This document shows positions 18,748-27,464 of a stretch of DNA of 36,420 bases, piece after piece. Each line of letters opens with the position of its first letter. Position 1 is the first letter of the stretch. Position numbers and translations under genes: made by a program. Source of the stretch: an uncultured Planctomycetia bacterium (GTDB lineage: Bacteria > Planctomycetota > Planctomycetia > Pirellulales > S012-138); assembly GCA_942492195.1 (NCBI GenBank), contig CALOEH010000113.1, positions 1 through 36,420 on the forward strand. The letters run 5' to 3'. A model generated the notes under the pieces. That model worked only from the letters and a program-made list of their open reading frames with translations. It had not been told where the DNA came from and searched no databases.

Positions 18748-19110
18748 TTGGAGGTAGAGGTTTTCATCAGGTGCATTGAACAGGGAGGTAGACCATGTAT
18801 TCCTCAACCGTTGAGCATCATGAAGATGCTGTACGACTCCTTGTCCGAGAAAGATCGACGGCGGTATGCCGCGGTGGAAGCTGAAAAGCTAGGGTACGGC
18901 GGAGCGAGGTACGTCTCCAATCTCTTCGGCTGCGACGAGGCGACCATTCGCCAAGGAAGAGAGGATATTCAGCAACTGCCGGACGATGCCGCCGAAGGCC
19001 GCGTCCGAAAAAAGGGGCGGCCGATCCAAAGCTAGCATCGCGAATCCCGAGGCCGTTGAAGCCCTGGAACGGATCGTCGACGAGCACCTTCTGCATGTCG
19101 CTGGCCAACT
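18748..19110 (+). pseudogene. ISAzo13-family (Rhodopirellula-type DDE) transposase, 5' fragment only
   Basis: The ORF 18748..19035 contains MKMLYDSLSEKDRRRYAAVEAEKLGYGGARYVSNLFGCDEATIRQGREDI...GRVRKKGR. This matches the characteristic N-terminus of ISAzo13/DDE_Tnp_ISAZ013 transposases (LS..L.E..RR.WAA.EA..LG.GG...V....G.S..TI..G..E). After a frame change the similarity continues briefly (GGRSKASIANPEAVEALERIVDEH). It is lost near 19100, where the opposite-strand orfA remnant begins. The catalytic DDE domain (~300 aa) is absent. Family assignment is from memory, not a search. Confidence 0.5.
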
Positions 19111-19364
19111 ACCTCCACGGGCACCAAGGGGGTGTTGTTTTCCCAGGCAGCCCCACTCTTGATACCGACAGGCTTCCCGGCCGCCGCAGCCTGCTGGGCA
19201 TCGCGCTTCTGCAGTTTCTTACGCCAGGCGTAGAGCGAAGGCTCCGAGATCCCCTTCTCTCGGCAGAACGCACGTGCACTCGTGTCCGCTTGCCGCTGCT
19301 CCTCCACCATCGCCCGCCAGAACCGTTCCTTCTCAACCGACCGCTTCGATCTCGTCATCGCCAC
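19032..19364 (-). pseudogene. IS3/IS66-type transposase OrfA (HTH, transposase_8-like) fragment without partner orfB/DDE gene
   Basis: The minus-strand ORF reads MAMTRSKRSVEKERFWRAMVEEQRQADTSARAFCREKGISEPSLYAWRKKLQKRDAQ...TPLVPVEVV. This has the HTH pattern (W..V.E......S...FCRE.GIS...LY.WRKKL) of IS3 and IS66 family OrfA proteins, and an IS66-like FVPV-type C-terminus. No downstream transposase ORF is present, because the ISAzo13 fragment occupies that position. The 3' limit of the real reading frame is uncertain (probably near 19130). Confidence 0.45.
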
Positions 19365-19434
19365 GCTCCCAAGTTCGAGGAAAACAAATCCTCCATAACC
19401 CAGCAGGCAAGATGCAGTTCACGGTACGCTCACC

Positions 19435-21396
19435 TTAGCCGAGCGTATCGAGGAATGGATCTTGGCCCATTTGCTGCTGCATCTTCCGTCGTTCTTTGGC
19501 GTGATACATCAGAATCTTACGATCGCGAAAATGTTTGCGTTCGATCGTCTTTTGGGCTTTGCGGAATGTGCCTCGGTAGCTCTCCAGTTGACGGGGCGAC
19601 TTGGCACGCTTTCCCACATTCTTGAGTTTGTCGGCTTTGTCGAATCCGAACCCAGAAAGCAAGATGTCATCATCCATGGCCAGGTACTGGCGGAACGTGC
19701 CAGGATCTCCCTGGCGGCCACAACGACCGATGAGCTGGCGATCAATGCGGGCGGATTCGTGCAGTTCGGTACAGATGACGTGCATGCCGCCGAGTTCTGC
19801 GACTCCCGCGCCCAGTTTGATATCCGTTCCCCGGCCGGCCATGTTTGTAGACACCGTGACTTTTCCCTGGTCGCCAGCGGCAGCGACAATGCCTGCTTCC
19901 TTCTCGATGTGTCGGGCGTTGAGAATCTCGTACTTGATGCCGGATTTGTCGAGCAGCTTGGCGAGGATCTCTGACTTATCAATGCTCCGGGTGCCGATCA
20001 GGATTGGGCGGCCGGTCGCGTGGACTTCGATGACCTCGTCCACAATCGCCTTCCATTTATCGTCCGCTTTGCCAAACACCAGATCGGGGAGTCGCTCACG
20101 GCGCGGGGGGCGGTTGGTGGGGACCGGGATCACGCGACTCTTATACATCTTGCGGAATTCGTTGGCACTGCTGGCCGCGGTACCGGTCATGCCGGCCAGA
20201 TGTTCGTAGCGGTCGAACATGGTTTGTACGGTGATTTGGGCGGCCTGCCCGGTGTTGACAGAAACCTCGAGCCCCTCTTTGGCTTCGAGTGCCTGGTGGA
20301 TGCCGTCTCGCCATTTGCGTCCTTCGGCAATCCGCCCGGTGAACTCGTCCACAATTGCAATCTCTTCCTCGTGGACCACATACTCGCGATCGAGCTTGAA
20401 GTCGCGCGAGACTTTGACGGCCCGCTCAATGTATTCGTAGATGCTGATCATGCCGACCGTGTTCATGATCTCTTGCTTGGGAAGGACTCGAACGAGTTGT
20501 CGCCCCGCCTGATTGAGCTCGACACTGCGGCGTTCCTCGTCGTATTCGTAGTGCTCATCTTCTACGAACTGCGGAGCCACCTCGGCCGCCCAACGGTAGC
20601 AGGCGACGGCAATCTTGACCTCGTCCCCTGGCAAGGCACTGATGATCAGCGGGGTTCGGGCTTCGTCAATCATCAAGCTGTCCGCTTCGTCCACCAGGGC
20701 AAACTGGAACTCGCGTTGAACCGGCTGTTCGTTGGAACCCGTGTCGCCCATGCCGAGCATCCCACCGAGAAAATCCTGCTGCCCTTCGCGGATCCGGCGG
20801 AGCAGGAGCCTGTCTCTGAGGAAGTCGAACCCTATTTCTTTGGCGGTGCTGTAGGTGATATCCGAGGCATAGGCCGTGCGGCGATCTGGCTGCTTGGTGC
20901 TGCTTTCCACATACCCAACGCTCATCCCCAGTGCTTCGTACAACGGCTTCATGTCTTTGGCATCACGACTGGCCAGATAGTCATTGGCAGTGGCCAGATG
21001 GGCCCCCTTGCCAGCCAGTGCGTGCAGGTAGAGAGGGAGCGTGGCGGTGAGCGTTTTTCCTTCCCCCGTCTGCATCTCGACAATGCAGCGGTGGTGCATG
21101 GCAATGCCCCCGAGCATTTGGACATCGTAATGCCGCATGCCGAGCTTCCGTTGTCCCGCCTCGCGAACCAGGGCGAACGCCTCAGGGAGGAGGCGATGGA
21201 GCGGTTCGTTGCTCTTGGCCCGATATCTCAACCCCAGGCTGCGTTTGCGCAGTTCGCCATCACCAAGCTGCTTGAGTTCCTCCTCGAAGGCATCAATCTT
21301 GGGGAGCACCATTGCCCAATGTGCCAGACGCCGTCCTGTGGCTCCGCCGCAGAATCGCTGCAACCGCGCCCCTATGCCTCGTGGAATCGTACCCAT
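19435..21396 (-). CDS. secA: SecA-family preprotein translocase ATPase, short form (653 aa; lacks most of the helical scaffold, wing and C-terminal domains)
   Basis: The N-terminal region matches SecA block by block: LPEAFALVREAGQRKLGMRHYDVQMLGGIAMHHRCIVEMQTGEGKTLTATLPLYLHALAGKGAHLATANDYLASRDA. The DEAD-like motif ALVDEADSLMIDEARTPLIIS, the NBD2 GRGTDIKLG segment and LHESARIDRQLIGRCGRQGDPG follow. The ORF ends about 30 residues into the helical scaffold domain. The ATG at 21396 was verified, and the start corresponds to the SecA N-terminus. Confidence 0.85.
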   Translation of the reverse strand: MGTIPRGIGARLQRFCGGATGRRLAHWAMVLPKIDAFEEELKQLGDGELRKRSLGLRYRAKSNEPLHRLLPEAFALVREAGQRKLGMRHYDVQMLGGIAMHHRCIVEMQTGEGKTLTATLPLYLHALAGKGAHLATANDYLASRDAKDMKPLYEALGMSVGYVESSTKQPDRRTAYASDITYSTAKEIGFDFLRDRLLLRRIREGQQDFLGGMLGMGDTGSNEQPVQREFQFALVDEADSLMIDEARTPLIISALPGDEVKIAVACYRWAAEVAPQFVEDEHYEYDEERRSVELNQAGRQLVRVLPKQEIMNTVGMISIYEYIERAVKVSRDFKLDREYVVHEEEIAIVDEFTGRIAEGRKWRDGIHQALEAKEGLEVSVNTGQAAQITVQTMFDRYEHLAGMTGTAASSANEFRKMYKSRVIPVPTNRPPRRERLPDLVFGKADDKWKAIVDEVIEVHATGRPILIGTRSIDKSEILAKLLDKSGIKYEILNARHIEKEAGIVAAAGDQGKVTVSTNMAGRGTDIKLGAGVAELGGMHVICTELHESARIDRQLIGRCGRQGDPGTFRQYLAMDDDILLSGFGFDKADKLKNVGKRAKSPRQLESYRGTFRKAQKTIERKHFRDRKILMYHAKERRKMQQQMGQDPFLDTLG

Positions 21397-21710
21397 GGTC
21401 GTCCCGGCCGAATCGTCCCAATGAACAGATAGGTTGATTGTAGCATCTTTTGCGGCACACCGACGCCCGCCCTACAGAACCATACGCATGCTAGCAGAGT
21501 TCAGGCAATGCCCAAAAGTGTCACTGAGTGTCACTTCGATTTGCTGGCACCGCTGCGAGGTTGCCGCTGAAGGACTGATGATCGAAGCACTGAGGGTAGT
21601 GTCCCAGCGTTGTTATCACTCGCTGCGTGGCGACTGGTTTGCTCGACGTTTCCATGGCATTCGCCTACACTGAAAGCAGCGTTCCTTTCGCCCGCTTCCT
21701 CCTTCTTCAA

Positions 21711-22382
21711 ATGGGAGCTCATCTCATGCACGCTTGGCTAAAAAGTTCGTTGTTCGGCATCTGGATGTTGGCGCTCAGCGTCCCAGCCTGGGGAGATACC
21801 ATTGTGCTGATCAATGGTGACTCCATCACAGGCAAGGTGGTTTCGCTCAGCGGCGACACCTTGGAGCTGGAAAGCCCCATCTTGGGTACCCTGACGCTCC
21901 AGCGTGATAAGGTTGCTTCGGTCACACTGGGGGATCGTCCCGTTGCGGCCGCTCAACCTCTCGCGGCGGTTCCGGTTCTGCCCAACCGAACCCAACCCAC
22001 GGCTCAGAATCCCGCAACCGCAAGCCCTCAGGAAGTGGTGGAACAGTTGCAGAAGTACGGCATTGACCCCAAGACGCTGGGCAAAGTGAAGGAAGTCATT
22101 CCGCTGCAGCAGGCACCCGGCGCTCAATCGTATTTCAACGATACGCTTTCAGGGCTGATGAGCGGCAAGCTCGGCGTGGGGGACATCCGCCGCGATGCCG
22201 TGAACGCACGAGACCAACTGCTCGACTTGAAGAAGGAACTCGGCCCCAACGGTGCCGCCCTGGATGGCTACCTCGCGATCCTGGAGAACTTCATCCAGAA
22301 GTCCGAACCCAAGAACAAGCCGCAGGTAGTCACCCCCGAATTGCCGAAACGTGAAGAGTCGGACAAGGCAGACAAAGAGTGA
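21711..22382 (+). CDS. secreted protein of unknown function
   Basis: In-frame ATGs at 21711 and 21726 give MGAHLMHAWLKSSLFGIWMLALSVPAWG, a signal peptide. The mature part has a beta-rich N-terminal segment, a Pro/Ala/Gln linker and a Lys/Glu-rich C-terminus. No family was recognised. The ORF track start at 21627 adds an unlikely leader. Confidence 0.5.
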   Translation: MGAHLMHAWLKSSLFGIWMLALSVPAWGDTIVLINGDSITGKVVSLSGDTLELESPILGTLTLQRDKVASVTLGDRPVAAAQPLAAVPVLPNRTQPTAQNPATASPQEVVEQLQKYGIDPKTLGKVKEVIPLQQAPGAQSYFNDTLSGLMSGKLGVGDIRRDAVNARDQLLDLKKELGPNGAALDGYLAILENFIQKSEPKNKPQVVTPELPKREESDKADKE

Positions 22383-22947
22383 AGTGTCGGTTCAGCGGAC
22401 CATGCCCAGACTACTACTAAGCCTATGCGGGCGATGCGGACAAGTTCCTATGGCGACGATTTTTTTGAGTCGCCCGCTGGTGCTAAGTCTCACCGAACCA
22501 ACCGTTTGATACCTTTCAACGGTTTACTCTGACAGCAGGCTACGATCGGCAGCGTAGAACCGTAAAGCTTTTGCCTGTTGTTGCTTGTGTCGAGTTGACT
22601 AGGCTAGAAACTAGGTGGGCGCGCCCGGCTGCGTCAGTCCCCGGCGGTGGTCACGGAGAGCTTCTGCCAGAATTGTGGGAATAACTGACGGCTCAGATAC
22701 CGATTTAGCTTGCTGAGCACCTCGACGGTTGCCAAGAATCGGGGGGGAGATTGAGAGATATCTCTCGACAATTTCTTGGCTTAAGTGCTTCGATTCGGTA
22801 TGGTACAAACAGCATGCACTGCTTAGTGGGTGTTTTCCGTTCTGGACCAGCCCACCAAAGTTTGCGTTCGACCTAATTCAACATGCGGTATCTGCCGCAA
22901 GATTTCTTCATCTAACGATTCCGCAGAATCGCAGAAAGCCTCTCGCC

Positions 22948-24708
22948 ATGGCTAAACCTGATCCGCGTCCTGAAGGTAAAACCAAGCCAACCCAGCAGTC
23001 GCCTGAGAAGCGACCAGGGCACCGCAAGGCAACAGCCAAGCCAGCCCAAGGGGAAGCTGTTAAGTCAGCGGCGGCGGTGCCAGCCGGCACGGCGGTTGCC
23101 CATGGCAAGCCGGTGCAAACCGCAGGCAGTGCGCAAGCGGGCGCTGTTCCTAAGGGTACGGCCGCGGCACAAGGTACGCCGGCCGGCGGCAACGGCAACG
23201 GTGATGGCGACAAGCGAGGTCTGGGGCAGGAATTCGAAGAGAAGCATGGCATTGTTGCGGCGCTGCAAGAATCACTCCGTCAGGCTCCCGCCTGGTTGGC
23301 GAGTATGGTCGTGCACATGGCGGTGCTGCTGGTGTTAGGTTTGCTCGTTTTGCGGATTGAAGAACCGGTCAAGCAGGGGATCATTGCCGAGTCGCTCGAC
23401 GCTGAAGAAGAAGTCGAAGAGATCAACGAAGAGCAGTTCGACGAGCCCACGAACCTGGACATGGCCGAAATGGTCGAGCAGGTCCCTACGGAGAACATTT
23501 CGGAAACGCTGGAAGTTTCGCCCAATATGGAAGAGGCCGCCACGGCGACGCTCAATGTCGAACTGGCCGAAATGAGCGATATCAAGGCGCTCGAGAACGA
23601 TCTGCTGGCCAAGGCTGGCCAGGCCATGGGGGGAGATTTCGACGGCCGGGGCAACAACGCGTCGAAGAAAGCCCTGATTGCCCGCTATGGCGGCAATGAA
23701 CACAGCGAGAAGGCTGTGGAGATGGCCCTCGAGTGGTTGGCCCAGCATCAGCTTCCCGACGGCGGCTGGAGCTTCGACCATTCCATGTGCCCCACTTGTC
23801 GGGGTGCCTGCAGTCACCCCGGATCGCTTGGCAACGGGCGATTGGGAGCCACCGGCATGGCCTTACTCCCATTCTTGGGAGCAGGACACACGCATAAAGA
23901 AGGAAAGTACAAGTACCACGTGCAGCGTGGCCTGTACTACCTGGCCACGAACATGAAGCCCAACGGGGCCATGAACGAGTCGGGCGGCAGCATGTATTCG
24001 CACGGGATCGCTTCGATCGCCATGACCGAAGCATACGCCATGACGCAAGACAAGACGTTGTTCGCCCCTGCCCAAGCGGCGGTGAATTTCATTGTCTCGG
24101 CACAAGATCGCGTCGGCGGTGGCTGGCGCTATTCGCCAGGTCAGGCCGGAGATACTTCGGTCGTAGGCTGGCAACTGATGGCACTCAAGAGTGGTGCCAT
24201 GGGCTACCTCGCCGTGCCACCACAATCGGTCCAAGGCGCTACCCATTTCTTGGATAGCGTGCAGGCCAACAGCGGTGCCAACTATGGCTACACCGGCCCA
24301 GGAAGCGGAGCGGCGACCACCGCAGTCGGGCTGCTTTGCCGGATGTACTTGGGTTGGAAGAAGGACCACCCCGGCATGGAGGCAGGCGTTCAAGGACTTG
24401 CCAAGCGTGGCCCACAGATCGGCCGCTCGTGCAACATGTACTACAACTACTACGCCACCCAAGTCATGCATCACTACGAAGGCGAGCTATGGCGAACCTG
24501 GAACGAGAAGATGCGTGATTTCCTGGTCGGCGCTCAAGACACCACAGGGCACCAGAAAGGAAGTTGGCATTACGCCGGCGGAGATCATGGTACCGAGCGT
24601 GGTGGCCGGCTTTACTGCACCTGCATGAGCACCATGACGCTCGAAGTCTACTACCGCCACCTGCCGATCTATCGCAAGCAGGCATCGGAAGAAGATTTCG
24701 ATTTCTAA
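22948..24708 (+). CDS. membrane-anchored protein with acidic linker and C-terminal terpenoid-cyclase/prenyltransferase-type (squalene-hopene-cyclase-like alpha/alpha-toroid) repeat domain
   Basis: The ATG at 22948 (MAKPDPRPEGK...) begins a Lys/Ala/Gly-rich cytoplasmic segment. One TM helix follows (WLASMVVHMAVLLVLGLLVL), then a strongly acidic stretch (EEEVEEINEEQFDE...). A ~400-aa domain comes next, with repeated aromatic/Gly-rich motifs (LPDGGWSFD, GGGWRYSPGQAGDTSVVGWQLMALK, QKGSWHYAGGDHGTERGGRLYCTCMSTMTLE). These are typical of the prenyltransferase/squalene-oxidase repeat fold. It is probably not a true cyclase. Confidence 0.65.
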   Translation: MAKPDPRPEGKTKPTQQSPEKRPGHRKATAKPAQGEAVKSAAAVPAGTAVAHGKPVQTAGSAQAGAVPKGTAAAQGTPAGGNGNGDGDKRGLGQEFEEKHGIVAALQESLRQAPAWLASMVVHMAVLLVLGLLVLRIEEPVKQGIIAESLDAEEEVEEINEEQFDEPTNLDMAEMVEQVPTENISETLEVSPNMEEAATATLNVELAEMSDIKALENDLLAKAGQAMGGDFDGRGNNASKKALIARYGGNEHSEKAVEMALEWLAQHQLPDGGWSFDHSMCPTCRGACSHPGSLGNGRLGATGMALLPFLGAGHTHKEGKYKYHVQRGLYYLATNMKPNGAMNESGGSMYSHGIASIAMTEAYAMTQDKTLFAPAQAAVNFIVSAQDRVGGGWRYSPGQAGDTSVVGWQLMALKSGAMGYLAVPPQSVQGATHFLDSVQANSGANYGYTGPGSGAATTAVGLLCRMYLGWKKDHPGMEAGVQGLAKRGPQIGRSCNMYYNYYATQVMHHYEGELWRTWNEKMRDFLVGAQDTTGHQKGSWHYAGGDHGTERGGRLYCTCMSTMTLEVYYRHLPIYRKQASEEDFDF

Positions 24709-24793
24709 CGAAATGGGCGCTCCCGCTGGCCGCGGCTCGTTACTTCCTGAGTTCTCCTCCGGCACTGCTTCAACCTGAACGAATCAACTTCGC

Positions 24794-24812
24794 CCAGACG
24801 ATCCACGTCTGG
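24794..24812. terminator. possible bidirectional terminator hairpin between convergent genes
   Basis: CCAGACG-ATCCA-CGTCTGG (7-bp stem) sits between the + strand gene ending at 24708 and the flotillin gene ending at 24845. The flanking U-tracts are weak on both strands. Confidence 0.3.
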
Positions 24813-24844
24813 ACGAAGTGTTGATTGCGTCTTTCCGCCACAGA

Positions 24845-26512
24845 TCAAGCCGAGGTTGAATCCCCGGAATCGGCTTGTGGTGAGTTGGACTTGGTTTCAT
24901 CCGAGGCCACGTCCCCCTTCTTGTCACTTGCTTTGGTCCGTTTGGTGACGGTTTCTTCCATGGCGTCGTTTTCCATGCGGACCAGCGTCTCGGGAATCTC
25001 AAGCCCACCGATATCTTTCATGACTTGCATCATCGGTGGCAGCGTGCGGGCCATGTTTTGCAGGAACCCGGCAGTGTTGTTCTGACCGTTGCCTCCTCCG
25101 TTTTCCCAGACGACGACCTTATCGAACTTGATGTTACTAATCGCCTTGGCAGCGGTTTCTGCCATGGTGTCCAGGTGTTCGAGCATCAGGAGTTGGAAGG
25201 CATCTTTCGAACTACCGCAGGCGTCGATGATCCGCTGGAGACCTTCACCCTTCTTGGCCAGGATCTCGTACTGACCGCGAGCCTCGGCTTCGAGCTTGGC
25301 ATAGATGGCCGAGGCTTCACCTTCGGCTTCAATCCGGCGACGGTTGGCTTCGGCTTGGGCTTCGACTTCCACTTTGGCCCGGATGGCTTTGGCCGGGGCT
25401 TCTAACTCTGCCCGACGTTCGGCTTCGACACGTTCGGCATCGGCGATGGCAGCTTTGGCCATGGCTCGGTTTTGGGCTTCGAGCACACTGGCTTCTGCCT
25501 CGCGTTTGCGCGTTTCACCCAGTTGGTAAGCTTCGGCCTGTCGGACTGCCAGGGTTGCCTTCGATGCGGCGACGGTGGCTTCGGACTCGTTTTCCCCTTC
25601 AATCGCGGAGGCGTTGGCCTTGGCGATATTGATACGCATTTCGCGTTCGGCATCTTTGATCTTCGACTGCCGTTCGTACGAAGCCTGCTCTTCGCCGATT
25701 TGCTGTTCTTTGCTGAGTTCGGCGACGCGGACCGCTTGTTCGCGCTCGGACTCTCGCATCCCGATCTGGCGATCTTTGTTCGCCCTGGCGACTTCGATCT
25801 CGCGGTCACGCTCGTTGGCGGCAACCCGAATTTCACCCATCTTCTGCTGTTCGGCCACGTCACCTCTGGCTTGCTGGATCGCCTGACTGGCGGCCTTTTG
25901 ACCAATGGCGTCAATGTAGCCAGACTCGTCGGTGATGTCGGTGATGTTGACGTTGATCAACACCAGACCAATCTTCTTGAGTTCTGGTTCCAGCGAAGAT
26001 TGGATGTGGTCCAAGAAAGTTTCGCGGTCACGGTTGATGTCTTCGATCGGCATCGAAGCAATCACTTGCCGCAGCTGGCCGAAGATGATTTCTTCTGCCT
26101 GTTGCTTGATCTCGTTGATGTTCTGGCCCAACAGGCGAATGGCCGCGTTCTGCATGATCTCCGGGTTGGTATCAATGGCCACGGTGAACACGCTCGGCAC
26201 GTTCACGCGAATGTTTTCCATCGACAGCGCGCCACGCAGCGGCACTTCAATCTGAATCGGTTCCAGGCTCAGGTAGGCATAGTCCTGGATCAGCGGCCAA
26301 ACGAACGCCGCACCACCATGGATGGTTTTGGAGGCATGGCCACCGCTGGTCTTACCGTAGATGACCAACAGGCGGTTGCTCGGGCAGCGTTTGTACTGCT
26401 TGACCAGCATGACCACGAAGCTGAAGAAGACCATCATCACCACAACGGCGATGGCGCCCCAGACGAACAAGTCCTCGAACAGGCCGTCCTGCGCTATTAA
26501 CAAAGCGTTCAT
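24845..26512 (-). CDS. floT: flotillin (SPFH/band-7 domain, FloT/YuaG-like long form)
   Basis: The ATG at 26512 is preceded by GAGGAAA. An N-terminal membrane hairpin (MNALLIAQDGLFEDLFVWGAIAVVVMMVFFSFVVMLV) is followed by the SPFH domain (RLLVIYGKT...AFVWPLIQDYAYLSLEPIQIEV). A long Glu/Ala/Arg/Gln-rich coiled-coil flotillin region comes next (EAERRAELEAPAKAIRAKVEVEAQAEANRRRIEAEGE), then an acidic C-terminal tail. Confidence 0.85.
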   Translation of the reverse strand: MNALLIAQDGLFEDLFVWGAIAVVVMMVFFSFVVMLVKQYKRCPSNRLLVIYGKTSGGHASKTIHGGAAFVWPLIQDYAYLSLEPIQIEVPLRGALSMENIRVNVPSVFTVAIDTNPEIMQNAAIRLLGQNINEIKQQAEEIIFGQLRQVIASMPIEDINRDRETFLDHIQSSLEPELKKIGLVLINVNITDITDESGYIDAIGQKAASQAIQQARGDVAEQQKMGEIRVAANERDREIEVARANKDRQIGMRESEREQAVRVAELSKEQQIGEEQASYERQSKIKDAEREMRINIAKANASAIEGENESEATVAASKATLAVRQAEAYQLGETRKREAEASVLEAQNRAMAKAAIADAERVEAERRAELEAPAKAIRAKVEVEAQAEANRRRIEAEGEASAIYAKLEAEARGQYEILAKKGEGLQRIIDACGSSKDAFQLLMLEHLDTMAETAAKAISNIKFDKVVVWENGGGNGQNNTAGFLQNMARTLPPMMQVMKDIGGLEIPETLVRMENDAMEETVTKRTKASDKKGDVASDETKSNSPQADSGDSTSA

Positions 26513-26722
26513 CGAAATGGTTTCCTCTAATTGGAATATGCGTTTGTAGGTGAAATTGGCGCGCAGCTTGAGACAAACGTAGCTCACGCTTTGCAGGAAA
26601 CTGGCAAATCAGCCCCCCGGTGGTTGATTGCACCAACCGCTAGGGGCGTTCAGGCCATTGACCTTCCCGAGAGTTCGAGAAGGCGGAAATTCTGTGACAC
26701 TTGGAGTGCTGGCGGACCCGCC

Positions 26723-27349
26723 TCATGCCACTTGCGAAGGTGCAGGCTCAAGCGGTTCAATCTGCACCGTGTCAGGGCTGATCACCCGGACAACTCGCAC
26801 GTTGGCACCCGAGGGAATCAGTTCCCCCACTTCAGAGACGGCCCGGTATTCGACGGTCCGCCCTTGGATCTTGACGGTGACCTTGCCTACTCCTTCCCCC
26901 TGCGGCGGCACGCGGAGATACACCTCGGCCACCGTGCCTACGGCGTTCTCAATGTGCGCGGTGCCGTCCGCCTTGAGACTTTGCAGGCCGACCATCATCC
27001 AGTGCACGCTGTACATGGCAACCACGCCAGCTCCCAGGGCCAGGGCGAATGCACCAGTTTGCCCAACCGACTCGTTGTTGCGCAGTGCCAGACCAATCAG
27101 TCCAAAGAACGTGAGCGCGGCGATCACGGTACGAAACGTCAACACGCCGAACATCCAATCGGTCAGCCTGGCATGGTGGCCATGGTGCGCGCCGCCACCG
27201 ACATCGTCCGGGACGTCAACATCGCCAACGTCCGTATCACCGATTTCTACATCGTCTGCCATGCCCAACATGGTGAGCAAAGACTGGCACACGAGGATGG
27301 TGCCACCTACGACTGCACAAAAGCCGTACACATAATAAATTGAAGGCAT
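26723..27349 (-). CDS. NfeD-like membrane protein (YuaF-like flotillin partner, C-terminal OB-fold)
   Basis: The ATG at 27349 has GGGAG upstream. Two to three TM helices (YYVYGFCAVVGGTILV..., VIAALTFFGLIGLAL, ALALGAGVVAMY) sit around a His/Asp/Gly-rich loop. The C-terminal beta-rich segment GTVAEVYLRVPPQGEGVGKVTVKIQGRTVEYRAVSEVGELIPSGANVRVVRVISPDTVQIE is typical of the NfeD OB-fold. The gene lies immediately upstream of, and on the same strand as, the flotillin gene, in the canonical nfeD-floT arrangement. Confidence 0.7.
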   Translation of the reverse strand: MPSIYYVYGFCAVVGGTILVCQSLLTMLGMADDVEIGDTDVGDVDVPDDVGGGAHHGHHARLTDWMFGVLTFRTVIAALTFFGLIGLALRNNESVGQTGAFALALGAGVVAMYSVHWMMVGLQSLKADGTAHIENAVGTVAEVYLRVPPQGEGVGKVTVKIQGRTVEYRAVSEVGELIPSGANVRVVRVISPDTVQIEPLEPAPSQVA

Positions 27350-27464
27350 TTTCGTTCTCCCTTCGTCTGTGAGTACCGGCTATTCGCCACGCGTTCGTTC
27401 ATATTAACGAAATCCGCCCTCGGATCGCAGGAATTTTCGCGGCAACTGGGCCCATTGGCAGATT

